Source of the DNA: a candidate division WOR-3 bacterium
Lineage (GTDB): Bacteria > Hydrothermota > Hydrothermia > JBDRYB01
Length of the DNA stretch: 42,049 bases
Assembly (NCBI GenBank): GCA_039803205.1
Contig: JBDRYB010000016.1
Location: 1-42,049, forward strand
Direction of reading: 5' to 3'
The notes under the pieces were generated by a model that was not told the DNA's origin, did no database searches, and was given only the letters and a program-made list of their open reading frames with translations. Positions 9,166 through 18,691 of the stretch are shown piece by piece. Positions within the stretch are counted from its first letter, which is position 1. Every line of letters starts with the position of its first letter. A program made the position numbers and the translations under genes.

Positions 9166-10142
9166 GGGACCCACCTCCTCCAGCCGCGGAGGGAACGGAA
9201 GGATGCTGGGGGCGAGAATCCTGGGAGCTGGCACATTATCCTTTCAGAGAGCGCTATGACCTCCAAGTGTTTTTCCCAGTCATTTTTTCCATCAGCTGGC
9301 GCGAGCGTCCCTGAGAGAAGCCCAGAGAGACCAGGAGCTATCCCGAGCTCAAACCATGTTGAGTAGTATGCTATTTCTCCGAGGCGGCCCTTCCTCGGGA
9401 GCCAAGATAGCATTCCCCTTCTCTCTCTGGAGCCATCCCCGCCGTAGAATCGCCAGTTCTCAATGAAAAGCTCGTCTGGCCCAGACTCAATTGCAGAGGG
9501 AACAGGCGCATTCTTGAGAAATTTAACGCAAGCGTCTTGGGCCTCAGCTAGTAGATTTTCCAGCCGGGCGTATCTTTCCTGGCCCAGGCTGAGCCAGGAC
9601 CTTCTGAGCTCAGCGGCCTCCTCAAATACGGAAGGGACAGGCATATCCATGAGGGTGAAATTATGGCGTATGCCGTGAACCCTGCACAAAAAGGAGCGGA
9701 CCCTGGCATACCCCATGAATTGAGTTCTCATCAGACCCAGGAGCTTTGCTGTGACAAACCTGGCGGAAACCATGAGATTGACGATAGCCTTGTTTTCGGG
9801 TTCAACGAAAGATAATTGTTTACCCTCAAGCCTCCGGTATCCCCTGATATCGTTAACATACCCGAGCCATGGCAGGAGGGATTGGGATATCGCTACGGGA
9901 GAGTGGAGGAGGATGCGAATGGTCTCAGGAGAAAGGCTCTTCTTCATCCGATTCCAGGAAACCCGGGCCCCGTCTCTGACCACTATAAGGAAATCCAAGT
10001 CCGATATTCCTGGGACTGAGACAGAACCCGTCTGCCAGACCCCCGTGATGCCATTTGTTCCCCTTGCAACTCGGAGGAGATCCTCGGTCGCCCTATCGTA
10101 GTCCTCGTGGCTCATGGGGATTACATCGTCAATCCAGAGCAT
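9162..10142 (-). CDS. hypothetical protein with Pol-beta-type nucleotidyltransferase motif
   Basis: N-terminal VWQTGSVSVPGISDLDFLIVV fits hG[GS]-x-DhDhhh, followed by a helical domain. Confidence 0.65.
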   Translation of the reverse strand: MLWIDDVIPMSHEDYDRATEDLLRVARGTNGITGVWQTGSVSVPGISDLDFLIVVRDGARVSWNRMKKSLSPETIRILLHSPVAISQSLLPWLGYVNDIRGYRRLEGKQLSFVEPENKAIVNLMVSARFVTAKLLGLMRTQFMGYARVRSFLCRVHGIRHNFTLMDMPVPSVFEEAAELRRSWLSLGQERYARLENLLAEAQDACVKFLKNAPVPSAIESGPDELFIENWRFYGGDGSRERRGMLSWLPRKGRLGEIAYYSTWFELGIAPGLSGLLSGTLAPADGKNDWEKHLEVIALSERIMCQLPGFSPPASFRSLRGWRRWVP

Positions 10143-11097
10143 CCCTCATCCTCCGGGCCATCTGGCCTACGCCCTGATAGAACTCCTCGTCCAAAGCATC
10201 TAAGAGTCTTCTGGTTGGCCTGAAAAACCTCCTTAAAGCAAAAGCGAAGTCCCAAGGGGAACGGGAGAGAGCGAGCCCCATCTTGAACGCTCGGCTATCC
10301 GGCCTCTTCCAGCTTGCCCTTATTTCTGTCGCCAGATCCAGGGGCGCGCGCGCCTCAGGGAGCATCTCCTTCACCAGAGCGAAGGATTCCGATTTCGGGA
10401 CATCCTTTGATTTAGCTGATAAAAAAAGGCTAGGCAACAGCATCAATTGAGAGAGGAGGAGCTTTATCCCGTAAAGGTTCCTGGGCCTTTGCGCTGGGTT
10501 ATGAGCCAAAGCTACGCACTTGTTCACTATCGGTTCCAGGTTTGCCTTATAGGAGCCCTCCCAGCCCCCTATTGCCACCTCATTTTTCCCTTGTAGGACT
10601 ACAGCCCCGTGGAAAGCTGATGGTGGAAGCGGCGAGCGTGCCACAGCCATTCCCTCAGGGATCACGAAAACCCCATGGTGCTGAAGATGGTCAAACGAGA
10701 GAATGATCCTGGCAACTTCTCTGATGGCACGGCGGATTTTGGGTGCCGAAGTCGCAAATTCCTCGTCCTGCAAAATATAGGCCAGATCAACATCTGAGTA
10801 GCCGGTTGATGTGTTGTCGGCAAGGGAGCCCATTAGTATAAGGGTTCCGGATAGCCCGGAGAATTGCCTTTTCAGGCCTTCTATCAACTCGCCATGCCTC
10901 GAGTTGGAAGCCTTATCCTTCCCCCAGACTGGAAGGCGGATACTTTTGGGCTCCGGGCACGGGATCCCCCTCAAGGTGGCCCGGTAAAGCCTCAGGGCCT
11001 CTTCTGGTTCTACCCCGGTTTTTTTCCATATGAGACGGTATGTGGGTATGCCGTTAAGGTAAAGGTTCGCGTATTCCCAGAGATCCAGAGATTCCAT
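10129..11097 (-). CDS. nucleotidyltransferase-domain protein (Pol-beta superfamily)
   Basis: ILMGSLADNTSTGYSDVDLAYIL motif, then DHLQHHG. Start placed at ATG 11097, just downstream of a TATAAT; the ORF track uses TTG 11142. Confidence 0.7.
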   Translation of the reverse strand: MESLDLWEYANLYLNGIPTYRLIWKKTGVEPEEALRLYRATLRGIPCPEPKSIRLPVWGKDKASNSRHGELIEGLKRQFSGLSGTLILMGSLADNTSTGYSDVDLAYILQDEEFATSAPKIRRAIREVARIILSFDHLQHHGVFVIPEGMAVARSPLPPSAFHGAVVLQGKNEVAIGGWEGSYKANLEPIVNKCVALAHNPAQRPRNLYGIKLLLSQLMLLPSLFLSAKSKDVPKSESFALVKEMLPEARAPLDLATEIRASWKRPDSRAFKMGLALSRSPWDFAFALRRFFRPTRRLLDALDEEFYQGVGQMARRMRDALD

Positions 11098-11200
11098 GTT
11101 AAGGCTTGAATTATAAAGCCTTTGGATCCTGGAAACCCACAAGAGATAGCCGTTTCCGGCATGGGTTCTCTGATCCGCGAAGTAAAAGGTGAACTGACGC

Positions 11201-11229
11201 TTGACAGTTCTGGGTTTGGGTGTTAATAT
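11201..11229 (+). promoter_or_regulatory. near-consensus sigma70 promoter for tonB
   Basis: TTGACA (11201-11206), 17-nt spacer, TAATAT (11224-11229), with an extended TGn before the -10. Confidence 0.7.
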
Positions 11230-11238
11230 ATATCCGCT

Positions 11239-11877
11239 ATGAAACAGACGGAAAGAAAACCCGAGGTCAACATGGAGCAGGATTATCCCAGGAACCTGCA
11301 GGTTGCCCTTTCTATCTCCCTCATATCAATCATTCTCCTCTTCAGCTTACTCAAGGGCATGCAGATAACCCCTTATTCCAGGCCCCAGGCCGAGAACATC
11401 ACCATGCTGGAGGAGATGGCGGCCCTTGAAGACATAACCGTGCCTCCACCGCCAGTTCAGCGCCCTCAGGTCCAGGTTGAGGTCGCGGAGCCCGGCGAGA
11501 CCCCTGATGAGGTTGATGTTAATGCTGACATAGACAACTGGGATTTCGGGAACCTTGATGTTGCCCCTCCGCAGGTGGATTCCGTTTTTGAGCCCTACGC
11601 GGTAGAAATACCGCCTGAGATAACTGCATTTGTGACCCCTGAGTATCCTGAAGTAGCGAGGCAGGCTGGGATTGAGGGCAGGGTTGTCGTTCAGGTCGTG
11701 GTTGATGAGAACGGGAGGGTAATCCCTGGAACGGAGCGGATCCTCACCTCCACGAATGAGGTGTTCAATGAGCCAGCCCTCGTCGCGGCGATGGCATGCA
11801 CCTTCAAACCTGGCCAGATGGGAGACAGGAAGGTAAAGGTTAGGGTCAACATACCCTTTGCTTTCAGGCTGAGGTAG
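11239..11877 (+). CDS. tonB: energy transducer TonB family protein
   Basis: N-terminal TM helix, Pro-rich acidic linker, TonB_C domain PEYPEVARQAGIEGRVVVQVVVDENG...FKPG...IPFAFRL. Confidence 0.88.
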   Translation: MKQTERKPEVNMEQDYPRNLQVALSISLISIILLFSLLKGMQITPYSRPQAENITMLEEMAALEDITVPPPPVQRPQVQVEVAEPGETPDEVDVNADIDNWDFGNLDVAPPQVDSVFEPYAVEIPPEITAFVTPEYPEVARQAGIEGRVVVQVVVDENGRVIPGTERILTSTNEVFNEPALVAAMACTFKPGQMGDRKVKVRVNIPFAFRLR

Positions 11878-11933
11878 TGGGGCCTGCCCATCAGGGGTTG
11901 TTTTAGACTATTTATATACATTATAATATTCGC

Positions 11934-12269
11934 ATGAAAGATCAAAATCTGGAGAGCCTCGTTGCTTTCCATAAAGCGCTTTCGGACGAGACGAGGGTTA
12001 GGATAGTTAACCTCCTAATGGAGGGGCCCTGTTGCGTTAAGGACATGGTTGAGGCCCTTGGCATAGCACAATCAAGGGTTTCCCAGCACCTTAATGTGCT
12101 CCGGCACGCTGGTATGGTCAGCGTTTCAAGGGTAGGGACCTCCAGGCGCTATAGCCTGGAGAAAGGCGCTTTTCCGCCGGAGCTCTTTGACTGCATCAGG
12201 AGGGCCAGGGATGGTTCTTTGACCCTTCTGAGAGACCTGGAGAGGGTGAGGGCCTTGATCCGGGATTAA
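11934..12269 (+). CDS. ArsR/SmtB family transcriptional regulator
   Basis: KALSDETRVRIVNLL, CCVKDMVEALGIAQSRVSQHLNVLRHAGMV. Confidence 0.93.
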   Translation: MKDQNLESLVAFHKALSDETRVRIVNLLMEGPCCVKDMVEALGIAQSRVSQHLNVLRHAGMVSVSRVGTSRRYSLEKGAFPPELFDCIRRARDGSLTLLRDLERVRALIRD

Positions 12270-12302
12270 TCTTTCCATTATAATATTAGCACTAACTAAT
12301 AT
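12255..12302 (+). promoter_or_regulatory. promoter plus palindromic operator upstream of the oxidoreductase
   Basis: TTGATC-N18-TATAAT (12255-12284) overlapped by the perfect inverted repeat ATATTAG-N6-CTAATAT (12283-12302). Confidence 0.65.
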
Positions 12303-12311
12303 AGGAGAGCC

Positions 12312-15300
12312 ATGAAGGCGTTGAACAAAGAACAGAAAGCCTGGCTTGAAGAGCGTTTTGGCCCTCGCGTTAGCTTCTCACGCCGCGAGCGCTCCATGTA
12401 TAGCCACGACATAGGTTCAATCCCGGGCCTGGTCCGGCCCTTTATTGGTAAGACCATTCCGCACGCGGTAGTCCAGCCGCAGTCCGAGGACGAGATAGCC
12501 GATATAGTCCGTTGGGCGAGAAACGAGGGAATCCATTTGATCCCAAGGGGTAAATCAACATCCGGCTACGGCGGGGTCATCCCCGTGAAGGGGGGAATAG
12601 TTCTCGATCTCATAAGGCTCCAGAGGATCATTTCCATTGATGGCGATCTGGTAACCGTTGAGCCTGGAATATCCTGGAAGAAGCTTGACGAGGCCATTTC
12701 TGATAGGGGCCTTACCCTGAGGCTTTATCCGTCATCTTACCCCTCCTCAACCGTTGGGGGTTGGCTCGCGCAGGGGGGCGCTGGTTTCGGTTCCTGGAGA
12801 TTCGGTTGGTTCTCGGAAAATGTCGTATCCGCGAGGGTTGTGCTTCCAGATGGCTCTGTCCGGGAGTTTTCCGGCAGAGAGCTCGGCGTCATCTCAGATG
12901 CCGAGGGCACAACAGGCATAATAACCGGGGTGTCCCTCAGGGTCATGCCCAAAAAGGATCTCAGGGTAACCGCGCTGGCCTTTGATTCCCCAACTGATGC
13001 GGCCGCCTTTGTCTCATCCATAGGAACAGACGGGATATGGTCTCTTAGCTTGGTAAACCCTGAGATGGTGAGGCTGTGGAACATCGCGCCGCTCAGGACC
13101 CACCACGGACACCCGGCTGAGGAGAGGGTTATCCTTCCAGAGAAATACATGGTCATCCTCGCGCACGAGAAGAACGATGCTGATTTCTTTGAGCCAGTGA
13201 AGAAGAGCCGCGGGCAATTTCTTTCCCCTGAGATAGCCAAGCACGAGTGGGATGAGCGGTTTCACCTCATGAAGATAAAGCGCCTGGGCCCATCCTTCGT
13301 CCCGGCTGAGGTTGTTGTTCCCATTCAGAGCATAGGGGATGTCCTGGCGGAGCTTGAAAAACGCTTGCCATTCCTCGCGATTGACGGGATGGGCGTCTCA
13401 GGCAAGGAGATGGTTCTCCTGGGCTTCATAACCCACGATGAGAGGAGCTTCTGGTTCAACACCGCGTATTTGAGTGCTCTGACCACCGTCAAGATCGCCG
13501 AGAGGCACGGCGGGAGGCCATACTCAACGGGGATCTACTTTACCCGGTGGGCAAGGGATGTCCTCGGAAGGGACAGGCTAGAGGAGTTGTCTGCCTTCAA
13601 GAACAAGCACGATCCGCATGGAATCATGAATCCGGGTAAGGTCACGGGTTCAAGGCTTTCCTGGTTCATGGGCTTGGCAAAGACATTTGAGCCAATAGCG
13701 AGGCCACTTGCCGGGATCGGTAGGCCGTCCCCGGCCGAGAGGATAGGCCTCAAGCCAAAGAAGGGCATTCCGCCCGATGTTGCTTGGTTCGCTTATTCGT
13801 GCTCTCAGTGCGGATTTTGCGTTGACACCTGCGACCAATTCTACGGAAGGCTCTGGGAGAGCCAATCCCCGAGGGGCAAGTGGTTCTTCCTGCGTCAACT
13901 GCTCGAGGGAAAGGAGAAGTTTGATCAGGAAGCGGTCAATACCTTCATGGTTTGCACGACCTGCGAGTATTGCAATGTGATGTGCTCAGAGGGCCTGCCA
14001 ATAGAACCCAGTTGGCTTAAGCTGAGGGGAGTTGCGATTGAGGACGGGGGTATGATGACCATACCGCCCTTTGAGATCATGGCCGCTTCGCTGGCGCGCA
14101 ACCTGAACATATGGGCCCACCTGAGAGAGAAGCGTGATGAATGGGTTCCGGAGGATGTAAGGCCCCACATAAAGGACAGCTCTCCTGTGATGTATTTTGC
14201 TGGATGCACCGCATCTTTTGTTGAGAAGGACATGGCCCAGGCCGCGGTTAGACTGCTTCGGGACGCTGGGGTAGAGTTCACGATGCTCGGGAAGGACGAG
14301 TCCTGTTGCGGACTGCCTATGCTCGTTGCTGGGAAGTGGAAGGAGTTCGCTGATGTGGTCAAGCACAACATTTCAGAGGCTCGTAAGCGTGGGGTCAAGA
14401 CCGTGATAACAAGCTGTCCAGCTTGCTGGTTATCCTGGCACACATATTACAAGGAGTGGGCAAAGAAGCTAGGCATTGAGCATGATTTTGAGGTAAAACA
14501 TTACTCGGAGGTTCTGGCGCCGAGGGCTCGCGAGCTCGGTTTCAGGGAAGTCAAGGAGCGGGTAACCTTCCATGACTCCTGCCACATAGGGAGGGCTGGA
14601 GGGGTCTATGAGGAACCCAGGGAGCTCATAAAGGCCGTTCCCGGACTTGATTACCAGGAGATGCGCCATAACCGGGAATATGGGCTTTGTTGCGGTTCTG
14701 TTCTCACTCTCATATCAGAGCCATCTGTGGCGGCTGAGGTCGGAAAAGAGCGCCTTGACGAGGCGAATGAGATAAAAGCGGATAGGGTTTTGACCCTCTG
14801 CCCGTGTTGCCGTTTTCAGCTCACCGTCACGAAGGAGAAGAAAGGCATCCCGGTTGAGATCACGGACCTCGCAACATTCCTCGCGAGGGCAAAGGGCTAT
14901 GATGTGAAAGAGGACAGGGATTACCTGCTCTCTTCCTGGGCGACATTTGAGGCCATGATAATGCTGATGAAGCCCCACAACATGGCCGCTCTCATGACTG
15001 AGATGTTCCCTCAGATGGTTGATGCTATGCCATTTGGCATGGGAAGGATGATGCGGTTTATTGGCAAGCTTGGCCCCGTGGGGCGCGGCTTGCTCAAAGC
15101 GATGAAGCCCCTGTTCCCCGTCCTATTCCCCATACTCCTGCCCATGATGATGCCGAAACTCACCCCAACCATGATTGAGCTGATGGCTAAACGGGTCCCC
15201 ATGCCTGAGTTCATGGCAGAGCAGATGCCGGATCTCGTGCCCAAGGCCATGGGCAACCTCATGCCCCATCTCTTGCCTGATGTGGTCCCTTTGGTTTCAC

Positions 15301-15353
15301 AACCCTTGATAGATTACTTAACGGGCCGGAGCCTCCCATCCTCAAGCCTATAG
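12312..15353 (+). CDS. FAD-binding / 4Fe-4S / CCG-domain oxidoreductase (GlcD-GlcF or D-lactate dehydrogenase-like fusion)
   Basis: FAD_binding_4 region (PRGKSTSGYGG, DPHGIMNPGK), two ferredoxin motifs CSQCGFCVDTC and CTTCEYCNVMC, two CCG domains (YFAGC...CCG...SCPAC and FHDSC...CCG...CPCC), and a Met/Pro-rich tail. Confidence 0.9.
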   Translation: MKALNKEQKAWLEERFGPRVSFSRRERSMYSHDIGSIPGLVRPFIGKTIPHAVVQPQSEDEIADIVRWARNEGIHLIPRGKSTSGYGGVIPVKGGIVLDLIRLQRIISIDGDLVTVEPGISWKKLDEAISDRGLTLRLYPSSYPSSTVGGWLAQGGAGFGSWRFGWFSENVVSARVVLPDGSVREFSGRELGVISDAEGTTGIITGVSLRVMPKKDLRVTALAFDSPTDAAAFVSSIGTDGIWSLSLVNPEMVRLWNIAPLRTHHGHPAEERVILPEKYMVILAHEKNDADFFEPVKKSRGQFLSPEIAKHEWDERFHLMKIKRLGPSFVPAEVVVPIQSIGDVLAELEKRLPFLAIDGMGVSGKEMVLLGFITHDERSFWFNTAYLSALTTVKIAERHGGRPYSTGIYFTRWARDVLGRDRLEELSAFKNKHDPHGIMNPGKVTGSRLSWFMGLAKTFEPIARPLAGIGRPSPAERIGLKPKKGIPPDVAWFAYSCSQCGFCVDTCDQFYGRLWESQSPRGKWFFLRQLLEGKEKFDQEAVNTFMVCTTCEYCNVMCSEGLPIEPSWLKLRGVAIEDGGMMTIPPFEIMAASLARNLNIWAHLREKRDEWVPEDVRPHIKDSSPVMYFAGCTASFVEKDMAQAAVRLLRDAGVEFTMLGKDESCCGLPMLVAGKWKEFADVVKHNISEARKRGVKTVITSCPACWLSWHTYYKEWAKKLGIEHDFEVKHYSEVLAPRARELGFREVKERVTFHDSCHIGRAGGVYEEPRELIKAVPGLDYQEMRHNREYGLCCGSVLTLISEPSVAAEVGKERLDEANEIKADRVLTLCPCCRFQLTVTKEKKGIPVEITDLATFLARAKGYDVKEDRDYLLSSWATFEAMIMLMKPHNMAALMTEMFPQMVDAMPFGMGRMMRFIGKLGPVGRGLLKAMKPLFPVLFPILLPMMMPKLTPTMIELMAKRVPMPEFMAEQMPDLVPKAMGNLMPHLLPDVVPLVSQPLIDYLTGRSLPSSSL

Positions 15354-15994
15354 GAATTGGTGAAGAACGGGATGAAGGCCTCGTTATGGGTGACCATTAT
15401 TATCGTGAGGGACTGGATGCGGTTCAGCGATGAAAGTAGCTCCATGAGCTTCAGGCCGGAAGCCTTGTCAAGGTTGCCGGTCGGCTCATCCGCGAGCACC
15501 AGAGACGGGTTGTTCACGAGCGCCCTTGCTATCGCGACTCGCTGACTCTCGCCCCCCGATAGCTCCTTTGGGATGTGGTGCGCCCTTTCGGCTATGCCAA
15601 CAGCCTCAAGGAGAGCGGTTGCCCTTTCCGCTATCTCCTTTTTGGGCCTCTTGGTTAGGAGCCCCGGAAGCATGACATTCTCGAGAGCGGTGAGGTCAGG
15701 GAGGAGATGGTGAAATTGGAATATGAAACCTATCTCGTTGGCCCTGAAATCCGAGAGCTCTTGGTCGGACATGGATGAATATGCTTTTTGGCCGAGCCTA
15801 ACCTCTCCTGATGTGGGCACATCAAGGGTTCCGAGTATGTTGAGGAGGGTTGTCTTGCCGGATCCAGAAGGCCCCGTTATCCCGACGAATTCTCCGAAGT
15901 TCACCGTGAGATCGAGCCCATTGAGAACCGTTAGCTCCTCGTGCGGCCCCTTGTAGACCTTTGTTATACCTTTTGCTATCAAAAGTTCGCTCAT
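15314..15994 (-). CDS. lolD: lipoprotein-releasing ABC transporter ATP-binding subunit
   Basis: GPSGSGKTT, GFIFQFHHLL (LolD motif), LSGGE, LADEPTGNLD; follows a lolC/E gene. Confidence 0.9.
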   Translation of the reverse strand: MSELLIAKGITKVYKGPHEELTVLNGLDLTVNFGEFVGITGPSGSGKTTLLNILGTLDVPTSGEVRLGQKAYSSMSDQELSDFRANEIGFIFQFHHLLPDLTALENVMLPGLLTKRPKKEIAERATALLEAVGIAERAHHIPKELSGGESQRVAIARALVNNPSLVLADEPTGNLDKASGLKLMELLSSLNRIQSLTIIMVTHNEAFIPFFTNSYRLEDGRLRPVK

Positions 15995-17196
15995 CTTCCC
16001 TTTGTTATTGCTTGGGCTGGCTGGAGCCTCGCGGTCCTCATCGCTGGGATGAGCGCCGCGCCGAACGCTATTGCCAGAGCGGCTATTATTATATAGGCCA
16101 CATCCGAGACCTGAACGAGGACGGGCAGCCTGTCTATGAAATAGACATCCGGCGGGAGCTTTATTATCTGGAACCGCTCAATGACCCAGGCTATTCCGAG
16201 ACCAACCCCTGTGCCGAGGCCGGTGCCCAAAACCCCAAGTAGAAGCCCTAGGATTATGAATATCCTAGAAACAGACCTCCTGGTCATCCCTATTGACCTG
16301 AGAACGCCTATTTCCCAGGTTTTTTCCACAGCCAGGGTTGTCAAGGTGGTTATTATGTTGAACGCCGCGACCAGGACTATGAGAACAAGGATGATATACA
16401 TGGCCAGCTTCTCCAGCTTAAGAGCGGAAAAAAGAGAGTAGTTCATCTGTATCCAGGAGAGGACCCTGAACTCGCCTCCGAGGGCCTCGTTTATCCTTTT
16501 AGCGTATGCCTGCGCGTTATACGGGTCATCAACCAGGACCTCAACCCCTGTGGTTCCCTTCATGTTGGCGAGCTGCATGAGCTCGCGGGCGTTCATGAAG
16601 GCGAGGTTCTCGTTATAATCAAAAAGCCCGGCATCAAAGACCCCCGATACCACGAATGCCCTCGTCCTGAAAGCAGGGCCTATTGGGGTTGCTTCGGTTC
16701 CGCCGTAGAATATGACCGTGTCTCCCACGAAAGCCCCTAGGCGCTGGGCGAGCCCTATTCCGAGGACCACCTGCCTCCCCTCAAGGTCAAAGCTCCCGAA
16801 CTTTATGTGCTTTGAGATGTCCTCAAGGCCAACGCTAGAACCAGGTATCACCCCCTTGACCACGATGCCATCGGCAACGCTCTTTCGCTTCACTATGAGC
16901 TTTGTGAATATGTAAGGGCTAGCGCCCTTGATCCCCTTTACCCCTGTTATCCTTTTGGCGACCGAATCAGCGTTCGGCATGTCCCCGAGGTATGGTATGA
17001 CGACGAGGTGAGGGTTGAACCCAAGTATGCGCTTCTTGAGCTCCTCCTGAAACCCTGACATTACTCCTATTACAACTATGAGCGATGCGACTCCGAGGCC
17101 TATTCCCAGAACAGCGAACGACGAGAAGAAGGATAGAACCCCTCTCCTGGTTGCCTTCAGGTATTTCCAAACAATGAGGAGCTCAGCGCGGTTCAT
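15991..17196 (-). CDS. lolE: lipoprotein-releasing ABC transporter permease LolC/E
   Basis: GIGLGVASLIVVIGVMSGF, LFSALKLEK, VAAFNI, EIGVLRSIG, YFIDRLPV. Confidence 0.88.
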   Translation of the reverse strand: MNRAELLIVWKYLKATRRGVLSFFSSFAVLGIGLGVASLIVVIGVMSGFQEELKKRILGFNPHLVVIPYLGDMPNADSVAKRITGVKGIKGASPYIFTKLIVKRKSVADGIVVKGVIPGSSVGLEDISKHIKFGSFDLEGRQVVLGIGLAQRLGAFVGDTVIFYGGTEATPIGPAFRTRAFVVSGVFDAGLFDYNENLAFMNARELMQLANMKGTTGVEVLVDDPYNAQAYAKRINEALGGEFRVLSWIQMNYSLFSALKLEKLAMYIILVLIVLVAAFNIITTLTTLAVEKTWEIGVLRSIGMTRRSVSRIFIILGLLLGVLGTGLGTGVGLGIAWVIERFQIIKLPPDVYFIDRLPVLVQVSDVAYIIIAALAIAFGAALIPAMRTARLQPAQAITKGR

Positions 17197-18653
17197 TTCG
17201 GCCTCAGCTGAGGGAAGGCTATCACATCCCTTATGGATGGCTTATCGGTGAATATCATAGTCAGCCTATCCATTCCTATACCTATTCCTCCTGTTGGCGG
17301 CATTCCCCTTTCCAGGGCTGTCAGAAACTCCTCGTCAACCTCCGATGGGAGTTCCTCATCCCTGAGAGCCGCGTCTCGTTCCATGTTCTCGCGCTGGATC
17401 AAGGGATCATTTAGCTCAGTGAACGAGTTCGCTATTTCGGTTCCCATGACGAAGAGCTCAAATCGCTCAACGAGGCCATCCCTCGCCCTGTGGGGTTTTG
17501 CCAAAGGGCTCATTATCCGGGGGTGATCAAGGACAAATGTTGGATCAGTTATGCGCTCGCCAACTGCGATGTCAAAAAGCTTGTCTATGAGCTTTGCCCT
17601 GTGAAGAGTTTTGGGATTCTCAACCCCGTATCTCTCTGCTACCTCCATTATCTCCGCATCAGACGCGCTCATAACATCTATTCCCAGGATCTCAGAGAGC
17701 GCGGTCGTGTAATCAAGCCTCTTGAAGGGCCTTCTGAACGAGAGAATTTTGCCCTGGTATTGCACGGTTTCCGAACCAGTTAGCTCCAGAGCCAGGCGGT
17801 TCAGGAGCTCCTCGGCCAGCTCCATCATGTCGTTGTAATCCCAGAAGGAGGCGTAGGCTTCAAGCATGGTGAACTCAGGGTAATGGGTTCTGTCTATTCC
17901 CTCGTTCCTGAAATCCTTGCAGATCTCAAAAACCCGCTCGTATCCAGCGACGAGAAGCCGCTTGAGGTATAGCTCGTCCGCTATCCGCAGGAACAGCTCA
18001 GCGTCCAGGGCCCAGCTCCGGGTCCTAAAGGGCCTTGCGGCCGCGCCGCCGTAAAGGGGTTGGAGCGCTGGGGTTTCAAACTCAACAAAGCCCTTCTCGT
18101 GAAAGAAATCCCTGACTATTTGAATTATCTTTGCCCTTCTGAGAAAAACGGCCTTCTCATCGGGGTTGGCTATTAGGAACAGAGGCCTGTCCCTGTAGGC
18201 GAGCTCGGGGTCCCTGACCCCGTGCCACTTCTCAGGGAGAGGGAGGAGGGACTTGGCCAGCATTTCGTATCTTTTTACCTTAATCGTTTTTTCTCCCGTC
18301 TTGGTCTTAAAAGGGGTTCCCGTTATTCCAACGAAGTCCCCAGGGTCAAAGAATCTGTCAAAGAACCTAACCGGGTTCTCTCCCCGGATCAGGGGCTCTG
18401 TTTCAGCGTCAAGGTATATCTGAACCTCGCCGGACTCGTCCCTGATGTGCGCGAACAGTATCTTGCCGAACCTGCGCTTAACCAAAAGCCTGCCGGCGAG
18501 CCTCGTCTCTTTCCCCGCAAGCTCCTCGTAGCGCTCGTGGACCTCCCTCGCCAGGTGAGTCCTGCTGAAGGAGTGGGGATACGGGTTTATTCCCATATCA
18601 CGGAGCTCCCGCAGCTTTTCTAGACGAACCTGATATTCCTGGGGTTTTTCCAT
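17193..18653 (-). CDS. lysS: lysine--tRNA ligase (class II)
   Basis: LPEKWHG, GGAAARPF, ELYLKRLLVAG, FRNEGID..H.PEFTMLE, GMPPTGGIGIGMDRL. Start moved to ATG 18653. Confidence 0.97.
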   Translation of the reverse strand: MEKPQEYQVRLEKLRELRDMGINPYPHSFSRTHLAREVHERYEELAGKETRLAGRLLVKRRFGKILFAHIRDESGEVQIYLDAETEPLIRGENPVRFFDRFFDPGDFVGITGTPFKTKTGEKTIKVKRYEMLAKSLLPLPEKWHGVRDPELAYRDRPLFLIANPDEKAVFLRRAKIIQIVRDFFHEKGFVEFETPALQPLYGGAAARPFRTRSWALDAELFLRIADELYLKRLLVAGYERVFEICKDFRNEGIDRTHYPEFTMLEAYASFWDYNDMMELAEELLNRLALELTGSETVQYQGKILSFRRPFKRLDYTTALSEILGIDVMSASDAEIMEVAERYGVENPKTLHRAKLIDKLFDIAVGERITDPTFVLDHPRIMSPLAKPHRARDGLVERFELFVMGTEIANSFTELNDPLIQRENMERDAALRDEELPSEVDEEFLTALERGMPPTGGIGIGMDRLTMIFTDKPSIRDVIAFPQLRPK

Positions 18654-18691
18654 CAGGGAGAAATTATAGGGCAGGGGGGAGCGCTCGTGCC

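Noticed and set aside
9162..11097. CBASS cyclase or MNT-HEPN toxin-antitoxin
   Set aside because: No Cap effector, E1/E2/JAB or HEPN (RX4-6H) partner is adjacent; the context is a glycosyltransferase and a methyltransferase.
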